From assembly GCA_950097015.1 (NCBI GenBank), contig CATNEN010000007.1:2852001-2916000 (forward strand): 64,000 bases of DNA, in the 5' to 3' direction. The notes beneath the pieces were generated by a model. That model did no database searches, had not been told where the DNA came from, and was given only the letters and a program-made list of their open reading frames with translations. A program made the translations under genes and the position numbers. This document shows positions 61,771-64,000 of this stretch, in pieces. Each line of letters begins with the position of its first letter. The stretch's first letter is position 1. The stretch is from Macrostomum hystrix. Its lineage: Eukaryota; Animalia; Platyhelminthes.

Positions 61771-62505
61771 ATGCTGTTCCAACTGATAACTAGTTTAGCA
61801 TTGCTGGCCACACCTGCAGCTAGCAGCGTATTCTATGAAACAGTCGGGCAGCAGTGCATAAGAGCACAGTTCATGAGGTGCTTCATCAACATTTCGAGAA
61901 AGACGGAATGCGCCCTTCTGTGCGCCATTTCTACCGACTGCCAGGCATTCAGCGTGGCCGATGGTCCGTGCCAGCTGTTCGTGTTCAACAGGTGCAGCAA
62001 GTATGTGAGAGACTGCAGCTGCACTCGCATCAAGCAGGTGTTTGTGAAGCAGCAGTCGGGACTGCCACCCGGAGCTCTGTGTCCCGCCGGATTCGCTGAC
62101 GACTTTTGTGGCACCAAGTACACGCTGTACTCTGGAATCGCAAAATGGGACTTAGCCAAGGCTGCTGTGGATGCGCTGCCCGGCCTCACAATCATGGCTG
62201 ATGTAACTGACCTGACGGAAATGACTCACATTAATGCAATCGTGACCAGGGACAATCTGAGGAAAGTAATCACAGGAGGCTGGCAGGCCCCAGGCAGCTC
62301 TGAGCCAGACGGTGGTTGGATCTGGGTGGTCTGCAACTCCAGCATCGACCCGAGTCTCTGGGCTGCACAGCAGCCCAGCAACTATTTAAATAAGGAGAAC
62401 TATGTGTCCATCGGGTCGGGCGCATTCGGGCTGAACGATGACTCGAGAACTCATGTCCTCTACGCTGGAGTGCTTGTTGAATGTGTATCACCATTTTCTC
62501 CGTGA
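61771..62505 (+). CDS. Secreted PAN/apple + C-type lectin-like protein, copy 5 (244 aa)
   Basis: Signal-like MLFQLITSLALLATPAASS; same architecture; QPSN and LND. Confidence 0.88.
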   Translation: MLFQLITSLALLATPAASSVFYETVGQQCIRAQFMRCFINISRKTECALLCAISTDCQAFSVADGPCQLFVFNRCSKYVRDCSCTRIKQVFVKQQSGLPPGALCPAGFADDFCGTKYTLYSGIAKWDLAKAAVDALPGLTIMADVTDLTEMTHINAIVTRDNLRKVITGGWQAPGSSEPDGGWIWVVCNSSIDPSLWAAQQPSNYLNKENYVSIGSGAFGLNDDSRTHVLYAGVLVECVSPFSP

Positions 62506-62949
62506 CGCTTAGACGAAAAACTCGACCATTGTTTGATTTTGATAAGAGAGCTTGATTTATATAGCGAGAGAAAATTTATAGTTGAAATCTTGAGAATAGT
62601 TTGCAAGCTTGGCTACCATATGCCCTACTGAAATTATTTTCTCGTCGCTGTCTGGAGTGAGTCACTAAATCAATGTTAAATAAATGTTCCTCTGGTACCT
62701 GTGTACTGCTCGAATATTAGCAACTTTTTTAGAATCTCTGGTTGTTGAAAAACGAAACTATTGATAGCTGTTCATAGGTCGTGTTACAATAAGTAATAAA
62801 CTAAAGACTTATTAAACTATTTAGCAAAGAAAACATAAGGTGAGAGGAACTAAGCGGTGAACGAGGGCTGAACGAGTTATTCTTTTGAAGCAGAAGTATG
62901 CAAAAAGACTAAAGTTTTTCTAAATTCTGAAAAAATAGACATGCTTGCA

Positions 62950-64000
<1,051 letters not shown>

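Noticed and set aside
46826-62494. Antisense and alternative-frame ORFs over the lectin genes, GPCR and retrotransposon
   Set aside because: These are shadows of GC-rich coding sequence; their recurrence simply mirrors the conserved core.

Overview
This is animal (metazoan) genomic DNA with short GT-AG introns; there is no prokaryotic signal, rRNA, intact tRNA or CRISPR array. The minisatellite density and gene types would fit a flatworm such as Macrostomum, but that is inference only. The window has two halves. From 1 to about 38 kb, roughly 45% is tandem repeat, in about 20 different arrays. This half carries an intronless peptide-type rhodopsin GPCR and a complete 7-exon TMEM184B-like gene (405 aa, reading frame verified across all six introns). 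Intron 2 of that gene hosts an antisense nested gene with a divergent SUMO-like domain. From about 38 to 64 kb tandem repeats are almost absent. This half holds two back-to-back Crypton-type tyrosine-recombinase relics, a Ty3/Gypsy (Mag-like) LTR retrotransposon with target-site duplication (TSD) and an empty-site paralogue in the same window, a MITE and SINE copies. It also holds five intact intronless genes for secreted PAN/apple plus C-type-lectin-like proteins, two fragments of that family, and a beta-tubulin pseudogene running off the right edge. The strongest candidate for an undescribed system is the lectin cluster: a nearly invariant ~170-nt central block joins exchangeable N-terminal and C-terminal modules, and one copy is a demonstrable chimera. 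The nested SUMO-like gene is the second candidate. All homology calls are by eye, with no database searches.
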